From an uncultured Sphingomonadaceae bacterium (GTDB taxonomy: Bacteria > Pseudomonadota > Alphaproteobacteria > Sphingomonadales > Sphingomonadaceae), in NCBI GenBank assembly GCA_964251385.1, contig CAXUJK010000006.1:8280-72279 (forward strand): a stretch of 64,000 nt of DNA, given 5' to 3'. The notes below the pieces were generated by a model, which was given only the letters and a program-made list of their open reading frames with translations, was not told where the DNA came from and searched no databases. A program made the translations under genes and the position numbers. Below, one piece after another: positions 17,869-27,478 of the stretch (position 1 is the first letter of the stretch; every line of letters starts with the position of its first letter).

Positions 17869-18714
17869 CTAGCGCAGTCGCGTCGCCATGCGCCACCAGC
17901 CGGGACGCGCGGCGGCGATCCGTGCGTCCGCGTCATCGCGCGCTGCCGTGTCGGCGTAGAGCGCGAAGCAGGTCGCGCCCGACCCCGACATGCGAGCGAG
18001 CGTCGGGCGCGTGTCGGTCAACGCGCGCAGCACGTCGGCGACCGGCGGGCACAGTGCGATGGCGGGTGCTTCGAGGTCGTTTCGGCCGGACAGCGCGGCT
18101 TCCATGATGCTGCCCACTGCCAGCGGTCCTCGGTCGGTGCCGTCCCACCCGCGAAATACGGGGCCGGTGGCGAGCGGGACACGCGGGTTGACGAGCAGGA
18201 CCGGCAGACCGCTCGCGTCCTCCATGTCGGGGATCGACAGGTCGACGCCCGTTCCCGACCCGATGCGCGTGCGGGAAACGATACAGGCGGGGACGTCGGC
18301 ACCAAGCACGGCGGCGCGGCGTTGCAGGTCCTCGTCGATCGGGACCCGCCAGTGTCGGCCCAGCAGCCGGATCGCCGCGCCCGCGTCCGCCGATCCTCCG
18401 CCGAGCCCCGCCGCGACGGGTAGGCGCTTGTCAAGCCGGATCGCCGCGCCGCAGCTCGGCCCGCTCATGCGCGCGGCGGCGAGCACGAGGTTTTCGCCGT
18501 CGCCGGCCAGCGCGTCCGCGAACGGGCCGGTAACGGTGAGGCTCAGCGCGTCGGCAGTTGAGACTTCGAGCCGGTCGCCATCTTCGCAGAAAGCAAAGAT
18601 CGTTTCGATGCGGTGGTAGCCATCCGGGAGACGCTCGCGGACGTGGAGCGCGAGGTTGATCTTGGCGTAGGCGGTCTCGCCGTCGATCAAGGCGCGGCGG
18701 CGGCCGGCGACCAT
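17869..18714 (-). CDS. ispE: 4-diphosphocytidyl-2-C-methyl-D-erythritol kinase
   Basis: Contains AYAKINLALHVRERLPDGYH and the GHMP motif PVAAGLGGGSADAGA. The start is ATG 18714, or TTG 18690 which overlaps the upstream stop. Confidence 0.85.
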   Translation of the reverse strand: MVAGRRRALIDGETAYAKINLALHVRERLPDGYHRIETIFAFCEDGDRLEVSTADALSLTVTGPFADALAGDGENLVLAAARMSGPSCGAAIRLDKRLPVAAGLGGGSADAGAAIRLLGRHWRVPIDEDLQRRAAVLGADVPACIVSRTRIGSGTGVDLSIPDMEDASGLPVLLVNPRVPLATGPVFRGWDGTDRGPLAVGSIMEAALSGRNDLEAPAIALCPPVADVLRALTDTRPTLARMSGSGATCFALYADTAARDDADARIAAARPGWWRMATRLR

Positions 18715-20315
18715 CCGTCGGCGAGCTTGACCTGCAGCCGCTTGGTCTCTTCGGTGTCGGCGTGGAGCAGCGCGGCGCTCCATGCGTAGCGCGCGTCGAC
18801 GCGGCGGCCCGCGCCCCAGTAGGCGTCGCCCAGATGCTCTCCAATCGCCGCTTGGCGCGGATCGGCGGCGGACGCGCGTTCGAGCGTGGCGACCGCTTCC
18901 GCCGTCTTGCCGCGGCGGAACAGCGCCCAGCCGAGCGAATCGGTGATCGACGCGTCGTCAGGGGCGAGGCGGCTGGCCTCGCGGATCAGCTTTTCGGCGG
19001 CGTCGAGATTTTCGCGGCGTTCGAGCTGCGCGTAGCCCAGATAGTTGAGCACCTGCGGTTCGGCGGGCGCGATGCGGTACGCGGCCTCGAGCGCGGCACG
19101 CGCGTCGGGCCAGGCGTCGGCCTCCTCGAGCGCGGCCCCGCGCAGCAGATGGAGCAGCCATAGTTCGGGTCCGGGCGCGCCGCCCTCCCGCAACGCGATC
19201 GCGCGAGCGTAAACGGGCGCGGCCTCGGCGTGGCGGTCGACCTCACCCAGCAGGTCGCCGTAGCGCACGAGGTCGGCTACGCCCGCGCCTGGCCGTTCGG
19301 CCGCGCCGCGCGCCTGCGCCAAGGCGGCGGCGCGGTCGCCCGAGCGCACGAGCAATTGCGCGCGCTGACCGAGCGCCGCGCCCGCGAAAGGATCGTCGCT
19401 CATGACTTGGGAGAGCGCGGCGATTGCGGGCGCGATCTGGTTGTCGGCGGCGAGCAGCTCGCTCGTGACCAGCCAGGTTTCGCTGTTGTCGGGCGCCATG
19501 TAGGTCGCGAGCCGGGCAAGCGAAACCGCGAGCGGCGTAACGCGTTCGCGCTGCAGGTCGACGGCGAAGCGCACGAACAATTCGGCCATGCCGTCCGCCA
19601 TGCTGTCAACCGCGCCGGGAATGGTTTTGCGCGCGGCGAGCAGGCGACGACCGGCGGCAAGAGGCTCGTCGTCGCCGGTCAGCAGGTCGGCGGCAGCCTT
19701 GCGCTCGCCAAGTTGGGCGAGCCGCGCCGCGCCCGCGAGCCGAATACGTTGCGCGCGCCCGCCGCCACCCTTGGCCACCTCCGCGATCGCGGCGGCTCCG
19801 GGCGCTTCCTGCTTGGTCGCGAGCAGCAGAAGCGCGCGATGTTCGTCCCAGTAAGATCGCGCCGCCTCGTCGGGGGGGTTCGCCAGCAAGGCGATCGGGT
19901 CGTGACCGCGTTCGGCGAAGGCGATCCAGGCGCGCGCCACGGGCAACAGGAACGGGAACGCCCCGTTCGCCCCGATGCGTTCGGTAACCGCACGGGCGGC
20001 ACGCCAGTCGTTGCGTCGCGCCGCGTCCGCGAGCGACCAGAGCAGGCCTTCGGCGGGCAGCGCCCCCGCTCTGTCCAGCGTCGCGGCGGCGGACCGCGCG
20101 AGTGTCCAGTCTCCCGCCTGCATCGCCTGACGCAATGCTTCGGCCGCTAGCACCTGGTTGCCGGGCTCGGCGGCGAGCGCCTGCGCGAAGCTGCGCGCGG
20201 CCTCGTCGGGTTCTCCGCGTGCCTGCGCGGCGCGGGCGCGGACATAGTTCGCCTCCGCTCCTCGCAACGCGCGTTGGGCGGCCGCAGGAACGCTCGAGGC
20301 GGCCGCGGCGGCCAT
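18687..20315 (-). CDS. Tetratricopeptide-repeat protein, probably periplasmic
   Basis: Ala-rich TPR-like repeats run throughout (for example YLGYAQLERRENLDAAEKLIREA). Trimmed to the ATG at 20315, because ETF-QO ends at 20326. The start is uncertain. Confidence 0.7.
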   Translation of the reverse strand: MAAAAASSVPAAAQRALRGAEANYVRARAAQARGEPDEAARSFAQALAAEPGNQVLAAEALRQAMQAGDWTLARSAAATLDRAGALPAEGLLWSLADAARRNDWRAARAVTERIGANGAFPFLLPVARAWIAFAERGHDPIALLANPPDEAARSYWDEHRALLLLATKQEAPGAAAIAEVAKGGGGRAQRIRLAGAARLAQLGERKAAADLLTGDDEPLAAGRRLLAARKTIPGAVDSMADGMAELFVRFAVDLQRERVTPLAVSLARLATYMAPDNSETWLVTSELLAADNQIAPAIAALSQVMSDDPFAGAALGQRAQLLVRSGDRAAALAQARGAAERPGAGVADLVRYGDLLGEVDRHAEAAPVYARAIALREGGAPGPELWLLHLLRGAALEEADAWPDARAALEAAYRIAPAEPQVLNYLGYAQLERRENLDAAEKLIREASRLAPDDASITDSLGWALFRRGKTAEAVATLERASAADPRQAAIGEHLGDAYWGAGRRVDARYAWSAALLHADTEETKRLQVKLADGWSPAAAAP

Positions 20316-20325
20316 CAGCAGGAGG

Positions 20326-21975
20326 CTACATGTTCGGATAATTGGGCCCTCCCCCGCCTTCGGGAACGACCCAGTTGATGTTCTGCGTCGGGTCCTTGAT
20401 GTCGCACGTCTTGCAGTGGACGCAGTTCTGCGCGTTGATCTGAAGCCGCGGCCCCGCCGTCTCCTCGACATACTCGTAAACGCCGGCCGGGCAGTAATGC
20501 TGTTCCGGCCCGCCGTAGAGCGGAAGGTTCACCGCCGTCGGCCGCGACGCGTCGCGCAGCGTCAGGTGGATCGGCTGATCCTCCTCGTGGTTGGTGTTGG
20601 ACAGATAGACGGACGACAATTTGTCGAAGCTCAGCACGCCGTCCGGCTTGGGGTAGCGGATCGGCGTCGCGACGTCCGCGCGGTGCAGGCGCGTGTGGTC
20701 GGCATGGTGCTTGAAGGTGAACGGCAGGCCGATGCCCAACGTCCGCATCCACATGTCCGCGCCCGCGATGACCGTTCCCATCGTGCTTCCGAACTTGGCG
20801 ACGGCTGGCTCGGCGTTCTTGACCATCTTCAGTTCGTCGGCGATCCACGACGCGTTGACGGCCGGGTGGTAGGCGGTGAGCTCGTCGTTCGCCCGGTCCG
20901 CGACGATGGCGTCGAAAGCGGCCTCGGCGGCGAGCATGCCCGACTTCATCGCGGTGTGGCTCCCCTTGATGCGAGGCACGTTGACGAAGCCGGCCGAGCA
21001 CCCGATCAGCGCGCCGCCGGGAAACGCGAGTTTCGGCACGGATTGCCACCCGCCTTCGTTGATGACGCGCGCGCCGTATGACACGCGGCGGCCGCCCTCG
21101 AGCATGTCGGCGATCATCGGATGGTGCTTCCACCGCTGCATCTCGCTGAACGGCGACAGGCTCGGGTTGCGGTAGCCCAACCCGACGACAAACCCGATCG
21201 AGACCTGATGGTTCGCCTGGTGGTAGATCCACCCACCGCCCCAGTCGTCGCCCATCGGCCAGCCCTGGGTGTGAATGACCCGGCCCGCGCTGTGCTTCTC
21301 GGGAAGAATATCCCACAATTCCTTGACGCCGAGGCCGTAGATCTGCGGCTGGCAGTCCGCCTCCAGGTCGAAGATGCGCTTGACTTCCTTGGTCAGCGAC
21401 CCCCGCGCGCCCTCCGCGAAGAAGGTGTAGCGCGCGTGGAGTTCGAGGCCGGGCTGGTAGTCGGGCTTGTGCGTCCCGTCGCGCGCGATCCCCATGTCGC
21501 CCACCGCGACGCCCTTGACCGAGCCGTCGTCGTTGAACAGCACTTCGGCGGCGGCGAAGCCCGGGAAGATTTCGACGCCGAGGCCTTCCGCCTTTTCCGC
21601 CATCCAGCGGCAGAAATTGGCGAGGCTGCCCGTGTACGTGCCCTTGTTGCCCATGAAGGACGGCATCATGAGGTGCGGCAGATTGAATTTGCCCGTCTTG
21701 GTGAGGACCCAGTGTTCGTTGGTGGTGACAGGAACGGTCAGAGGCGGGTTCGGCTCATCACGCCAATCCGGGAAGAGCTCGTCAAGCGCTTTCGGGTCCT
21801 GAACCGCGCCCGACAGGATGTGCGCGCCGACCTCGGAGCCTTTTTCCAGGATGCAGACGGACAGTTCGCGGTCCGCGGCGGCGGCGAGTTGCTTGAGCCG
21901 GACGGCGGCGGACAGGCCGGCAGGGCCCGCGCCAACGATCACCACGTCGTACTCCATCGATTCCCGGTCGCTCAT
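20326..21975 (-). CDS. Electron-transfer flavoprotein:ubiquinone oxidoreductase
   Basis: Trimmed to the ATG at 21975 (MSDRESMEYDVVIVGAGPAGLSAA), which has a GGAAAGGA SD. The C-terminus has a 4Fe-4S motif, NCVHCKTCDIKDP...PEGGGGPNY. Confidence 0.95.
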   Translation of the reverse strand: MSDRESMEYDVVIVGAGPAGLSAAVRLKQLAAAADRELSVCILEKGSEVGAHILSGAVQDPKALDELFPDWRDEPNPPLTVPVTTNEHWVLTKTGKFNLPHLMMPSFMGNKGTYTGSLANFCRWMAEKAEGLGVEIFPGFAAAEVLFNDDGSVKGVAVGDMGIARDGTHKPDYQPGLELHARYTFFAEGARGSLTKEVKRIFDLEADCQPQIYGLGVKELWDILPEKHSAGRVIHTQGWPMGDDWGGGWIYHQANHQVSIGFVVGLGYRNPSLSPFSEMQRWKHHPMIADMLEGGRRVSYGARVINEGGWQSVPKLAFPGGALIGCSAGFVNVPRIKGSHTAMKSGMLAAEAAFDAIVADRANDELTAYHPAVNASWIADELKMVKNAEPAVAKFGSTMGTVIAGADMWMRTLGIGLPFTFKHHADHTRLHRADVATPIRYPKPDGVLSFDKLSSVYLSNTNHEEDQPIHLTLRDASRPTAVNLPLYGGPEQHYCPAGVYEYVEETAGPRLQINAQNCVHCKTCDIKDPTQNINWVVPEGGGGPNYPNM

Positions 21976-22066
21976 CTCGTCCTTTCCACCGCGTGAGGCC
22001 AACGTTCCGCCTTGCCGACCGTGCCCACCGATTGACGCGGTCGTCAACATCGTAGCTGGTAATTGG

Positions 22067-22888
22067 GTGGGTCGGCCGATCAGCACAACCGAGTTGGACG
22101 CCGCCAGGAGCACGCTCGACTGGTGGCTGACGGCGGGCGTGGATACGCTGATCGAGGAGACGCCAAGGGATTGGCTGATCAAGCCTTTCTCCCCAACCCT
22201 CACGTCATCCCAGCGCATGTTGGGATCTCAGGGGCTTACGGTTCCGCAACTGCAGACCCCTGAGATGCCGGCCACCGCCGGGGTGACGGTTAGTTCTAGC
22301 GGCGCTCTTCCCGGCGACCTCGAAGCCCTCCGCCATCTTTACGAAACGCAGAGCGATCTACCCTTCGCGGGCTCGGGCACCACCCGCGTCCTGCCGACGG
22401 GCAATCCCGCATCCGGGCTGATGATGCTCGCCGACATGCCGACGGGCGATGACGCGGCGGCGGGGGTGATCTTTTCGGGCGATGCCGGGCTGCTTTTCGA
22501 TCGCATGCTGGCGGCGATCGGGCGGGACCGGGCCTCGATCTATCTGGCCACCCTGTCCTGCCTCGCGGCACCCGGCGGCCGACTCGACGCCGCGACCGCC
22601 GACGATTGCGGCGCTCTGGCGCGGCATCATCTGCGGCTCGCCGGGCCGACGCGCGTGCTGTTGCTGGGCGAGGCGGCGACGCGCGTCATGACCGGGCTGT
22701 CACTGCCCGCCGCTCGCGGGCGGGTGCATGCGATCGACCTCGGCGGCGACGCGGGCGAGCAGCGCGTTAACGCGGTCGCCACCTATCATCCCCGATACCT
22801 GCTGACGCGACCCGCCGCCAAGGCGGGAGCGTGGAGCGATCTCCAGCTGCTGATGGGGATCGACGCGACGAACGGACGGACGAGATGA
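22067..22888 (+). CDS. Uracil-DNA glycosylase superfamily protein (family-4-like, alphaproteobacterial type with N-terminal extension)
   Basis: The UDG-like core includes LMMLADMPTGDD, GLLFDRMLAAIG and ATYHPRYLL. The N-terminal module includes STLDWWLTAGVDTLIEETPRDW. The GTG at 22067 is the first start after the divergent ETF-QO gene. An alternative ATG at 22265 lies inside the repeat. Confidence 0.7.
   Translation: MGRPISTTELDAARSTLDWWLTAGVDTLIEETPRDWLIKPFSPTLTSSQRMLGSQGLTVPQLQTPEMPATAGVTVSSSGALPGDLEALRHLYETQSDLPFAGSGTTRVLPTGNPASGLMMLADMPTGDDAAAGVIFSGDAGLLFDRMLAAIGRDRASIYLATLSCLAAPGGRLDAATADDCGALARHHLRLAGPTRVLLLGEAATRVMTGLSLPAARGRVHAIDLGGDAGEQRVNAVATYHPRYLLTRPAAKAGAWSDLQLLMGIDATNGRTR
22204..22287. 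repeat. Palindromic repeat, copy B (diverged right arm), located inside the UDG-family ORF
   Basis: Left arm GTCATCCCAGCGCATGTTGGGATCTCAGGGG. The right arm is CCCCTGAGAT followed by a diverged GCCGGCCACCGCCGGGGTGAC. The flank TGACGGTTAGTTC is shared with copy C. Confidence 0.8.
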
Positions 22889-24663
22889 AGTTTTTCTTGA
22901 CGGGCGCGGCCCTCGCGCTCTCCGCAACGCCCGCGACGGCGCAGATCGAGGCGGTAGCGCAAGAGGCGGCACGCGCGCCGCTGCCGGTTCCGGCGGCACC
23001 TCTTCCGATCTACGTCGCGCCCGTTAAGCCGAAGGTGTCCGCGACCGCGTCTTCGTACCGGTCGGTGTTCGCGGCGCTCAAGGCGGAGAACTGGTCGACC
23101 GCCACCGCGCTGCTCGACGGCATGCGCGATGGGCCTCTGCACGCGGTGGCGCGCGCGGAACTGTACTTGGCGAAAGGCTCGCCGCGCGTCGAAGTCGGCC
23201 AGTTGCTCAGCCTGATCGAAACCGCGCCCGAGCTGCCGCAGGCTCCGCAACTCGTCACGCTGGCGCGCGCGCGCGGCGCGGAATACCTGCCGAACCTGCC
23301 ATCCGAACAGCGTCTCGTCGGCCTGACCCCTTCCCCGCGCCGCGAACGCGCGCGCTCCGTGACCGGAGACCCGGTCAGCGATACGATGCGCCCTCTCGCC
23401 GAACCGCTGATCAAGGATGATCAGCCCGCCGCGCTCGAAGCGTTGCTGATGGAACGTGAGCCATACCTCACCCCGGACGCGCGCACCGAGTGGCAGCAGC
23501 GGACCGCGTGGACCTACTACGTCGTCGGCAACTACGACGGCGCGCGCCGCCTCGCCGAGTCCGCTCGCGCCGGGTACGGCGACTGGGCGGTTCAGGGAGA
23601 CTGGGTGCTCGGGCTGACTGCGTGGCGGCAGGCCGATTGCGCGACGGCGGCGGACGCGTTCGGGCGGGTCGCCTCACGTTCGCGCGACGCGGATCTGACG
23701 TCCGCCGGGCACTACTGGGCCGCGCGAGCGGATCTCATGTGCAAGCGCCCGGAACGCGTGCAGGCGCGCATGCGTAGCGCCGCGCGGCTGTCCGAAACCT
23801 TCTACGGCCTGCTCGCGGGCGCGACGCTCAACCTCGCCAAGCCGAAGACCTCGGTCAGCATCACCGCCGCAACGTTGCTCGCGACGCGTCCCAACGTGCG
23901 CGCGGCGGCGATGCTCGCGGAGATCGGCGAGACCAGGCTCGCCGACACGCTGATCCGGCACCAGGCGCGGATCGGCGCGGGCACGGACCATGCCGGATTG
24001 TTGGGGGTCGCCGCCAAACTCGATTTGGCGTCGACGCAGTACTGGCTGGCGCATAATGGCCCGAGCGGAACGTACGTCCGCGTGGGCGACCGGTATCCGG
24101 CTCCGAGCTGGAGCCCACGCCGCGGCTGGCGCGTCGACAAGGCACTCGTGTTCGCGCACACGCTGCAGGAGTCGGCGTTCCGCACGGCGGTCGTCAGCCC
24201 GGCGGGTGCAACCGGGCTGATGCAGGTGCGCCCGGGTACGGCAGGCGACATCGCGCGCGAACGCGGCGAGTCTTTTTCCGCCGATCAGCTGCGCGAGCCT
24301 GCGTACAATATCGAGTACGGCCAATCCTATCTGGAATATCTGCGCGATCGCAGTGCCACAGGCGGACTGCTGCCTAAGGTCATCGCGGCCTACAACGCGG
24401 GTACCGTGCCCGTCGAAAAGTGGAACCTGTCGGTGCGCGACGGCGGCGATCCGCTGCTCTACATCGAGTCGCTTCCCTACTGGGAAACGCGCGGCTACGT
24501 GCCGACGATCCTGCGCAACTACTGGATCTATCAGGCGGAGGCGGGCGAGGCGTCACCAAGCCTGGTCGCGCTGGCGCAGGGCAAATGGCCGCGCTTCCCG
24601 ACGGTGTCGCAGCGCGTCGCTCGCCGCAACGACGAGGGTCAGGTCGCGCAGCCCACGCGCTAA
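22885..24663 (+). CDS. Soluble lytic murein transglycosylase (Slt family)
   Basis: Trimmed to the ATG at 22885 (MKFFLTGAALALSATPATAQ signal peptide), which overlaps the UDG stop as ATGA. The catalytic region reads LQESAFRTAVVSPAGATGLMQV...AYNAG. Confidence 0.85.
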   Translation: MKFFLTGAALALSATPATAQIEAVAQEAARAPLPVPAAPLPIYVAPVKPKVSATASSYRSVFAALKAENWSTATALLDGMRDGPLHAVARAELYLAKGSPRVEVGQLLSLIETAPELPQAPQLVTLARARGAEYLPNLPSEQRLVGLTPSPRRERARSVTGDPVSDTMRPLAEPLIKDDQPAALEALLMEREPYLTPDARTEWQQRTAWTYYVVGNYDGARRLAESARAGYGDWAVQGDWVLGLTAWRQADCATAADAFGRVASRSRDADLTSAGHYWAARADLMCKRPERVQARMRSAARLSETFYGLLAGATLNLAKPKTSVSITAATLLATRPNVRAAAMLAEIGETRLADTLIRHQARIGAGTDHAGLLGVAAKLDLASTQYWLAHNGPSGTYVRVGDRYPAPSWSPRRGWRVDKALVFAHTLQESAFRTAVVSPAGATGLMQVRPGTAGDIARERGESFSADQLREPAYNIEYGQSYLEYLRDRSATGGLLPKVIAAYNAGTVPVEKWNLSVRDGGDPLLYIESLPYWETRGYVPTILRNYWIYQAEAGEASPSLVALAQGKWPRFPTVSQRVARRNDEGQVAQPTR

Positions 24664-24664
24664 T

Positions 24665-24679
24665 GTTCTTGATCTGTTC
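24665..24679 (+). promoter_or_regulatory. Candidate LexA operator (alphaproteobacterial SOS box GTTC-N7-GTTC)
   Basis: The sequence GTTCttgatctGTTC matches the direct-repeat consensus perfectly. It sits in the 40-bp low-GC spacer, 25 nt upstream of the radical SAM GTG start. Confidence 0.55.
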
Positions 24680-24703
24680 TTCACACTCGGGTATACACAA
24701 TGC

Positions 24704-25780
24704 GTGCCCGTTCTTCCCGCCATCGCCGGTCGAGGCGCGACGCTTAACGGCCTGAGCACGCGCTTCGACGCTTCGCTGCGCGAGACGTGCGAGGACTGGC
24801 TCGACGCTCGCGAGGCGATCGACGGGCCGATGCCGCATCTGCGCACCACGGTGACGATCGAGCGGCCCAAGACGATCATTTCCCGCAACACGTCGCCCGA
24901 CATCGGTTTCGACCGCTCGATCAACCCGTATCGCGGGTGCGAGCATGGCTGCATCTACTGTTTCGCCCGGCCGACGCACGCGTTCCACGACCTGTCGCCC
25001 GGGCTGGATTTCGAAACCAAGCTGTTCGCCAAGCCGGACGCCGCGGCGCTGCTGCGGGTCGAGCTGTCGAAGAAGACCTACGCCGTCGCTCCGATGGCGT
25101 TGGGCACCAACACCGATCCGTATCAGCCGATTGAGGCGCGCTACGGGGTCACCCGGTCGATCGTCGAGGTGCTGGCGGAAACAAACCACCCGCTGTCGAT
25201 CACGACCAAGTCGGACAGGGTGACGCGCGACATCGACCTGCTTAGCCCCATGGCGGAGCGCGGGCTGGTCGCGGTGTGCGTATCGGTTACGTCGCTGGAC
25301 CCGGCAGTGTCGCGCACGCTCGAGCCGCGCGCGCCGTCCGCGCGCAAGCGGCTGGCGGCGGTTCGCGCGCTGACCGACGCGGGCATTCCGACCTTCGTCT
25401 CGCTCGCGCCGGTCGTGCCCGCGATCACGGATCACGAACTCGAGCACCTCGTCGAGGCTGCCGCGAAGGCGGGTGCGATCGGGAGTTTCTACATCCCGCT
25501 CAGGCTGCCGTACGAGATCGCGCCTTTGTTCAAGGCGTGGCTGGAAGCGCATTATCCCGACCGCGCGGACAAGGTCATGGGCATCGTGCGATCGATCCGC
25601 GACGGGCGCGACAACGATCCGGGGTTCTTCAGCCGCATGCGCGGTACCGGGCCTTGGGCCGACCTGCTGCGCACGCGCTTCTCGATCGCGACCAAGCGGC
25701 ATGGGTTGATCGGGGATTATCCGAAGCTGCGCACGGATTTGTTCGAGGCTCCGGCGGGAGCGCAGATGCGGCTATTTTGA
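24704..25780 (+). CDS. PA0069-family radical SAM protein (SplB/COG1533-like)
   Basis: Trimmed to the GTG at 24704 (VPVLPAIAGRGATLNGLSTRF). Contains the radical SAM motif CEHGCIYCFARPTH. Confidence 0.85.
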   Translation: MPVLPAIAGRGATLNGLSTRFDASLRETCEDWLDAREAIDGPMPHLRTTVTIERPKTIISRNTSPDIGFDRSINPYRGCEHGCIYCFARPTHAFHDLSPGLDFETKLFAKPDAAALLRVELSKKTYAVAPMALGTNTDPYQPIEARYGVTRSIVEVLAETNHPLSITTKSDRVTRDIDLLSPMAERGLVAVCVSVTSLDPAVSRTLEPRAPSARKRLAAVRALTDAGIPTFVSLAPVVPAITDHELEHLVEAAAKAGAIGSFYIPLRLPYEIAPLFKAWLEAHYPDRADKVMGIVRSIRDGRDNDPGFFSRMRGTGPWADLLRTRFSIATKRHGLIGDYPKLRTDLFEAPAGAQMRLF

Positions 25781-25788
25781 ACCGGTAT

Positions 25789-25874
25789 GTCATCCCAGCG
25801 CATGCTGGGATCTCGGTGGTGTCGAGCTGCCGGCAGTCGAGGCTTCCTGAGATCCCAGCATGCGCTGGGATGAC
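25789..25874. repeat. Palindromic repeat, copy C (most complete)
   Basis: Arms are GTCATCCCAGCGCATGCTGGGATCTC and GAGATCCCAGCATGCGCTGGGATGAC, around an inner CTGCCGGCAG palindrome. The shared flank TGACGGTTAGTTC follows. Confidence 0.85.
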
Positions 25875-25876
25875 GG

Positions 25877-27478
<1,602 letters not shown>

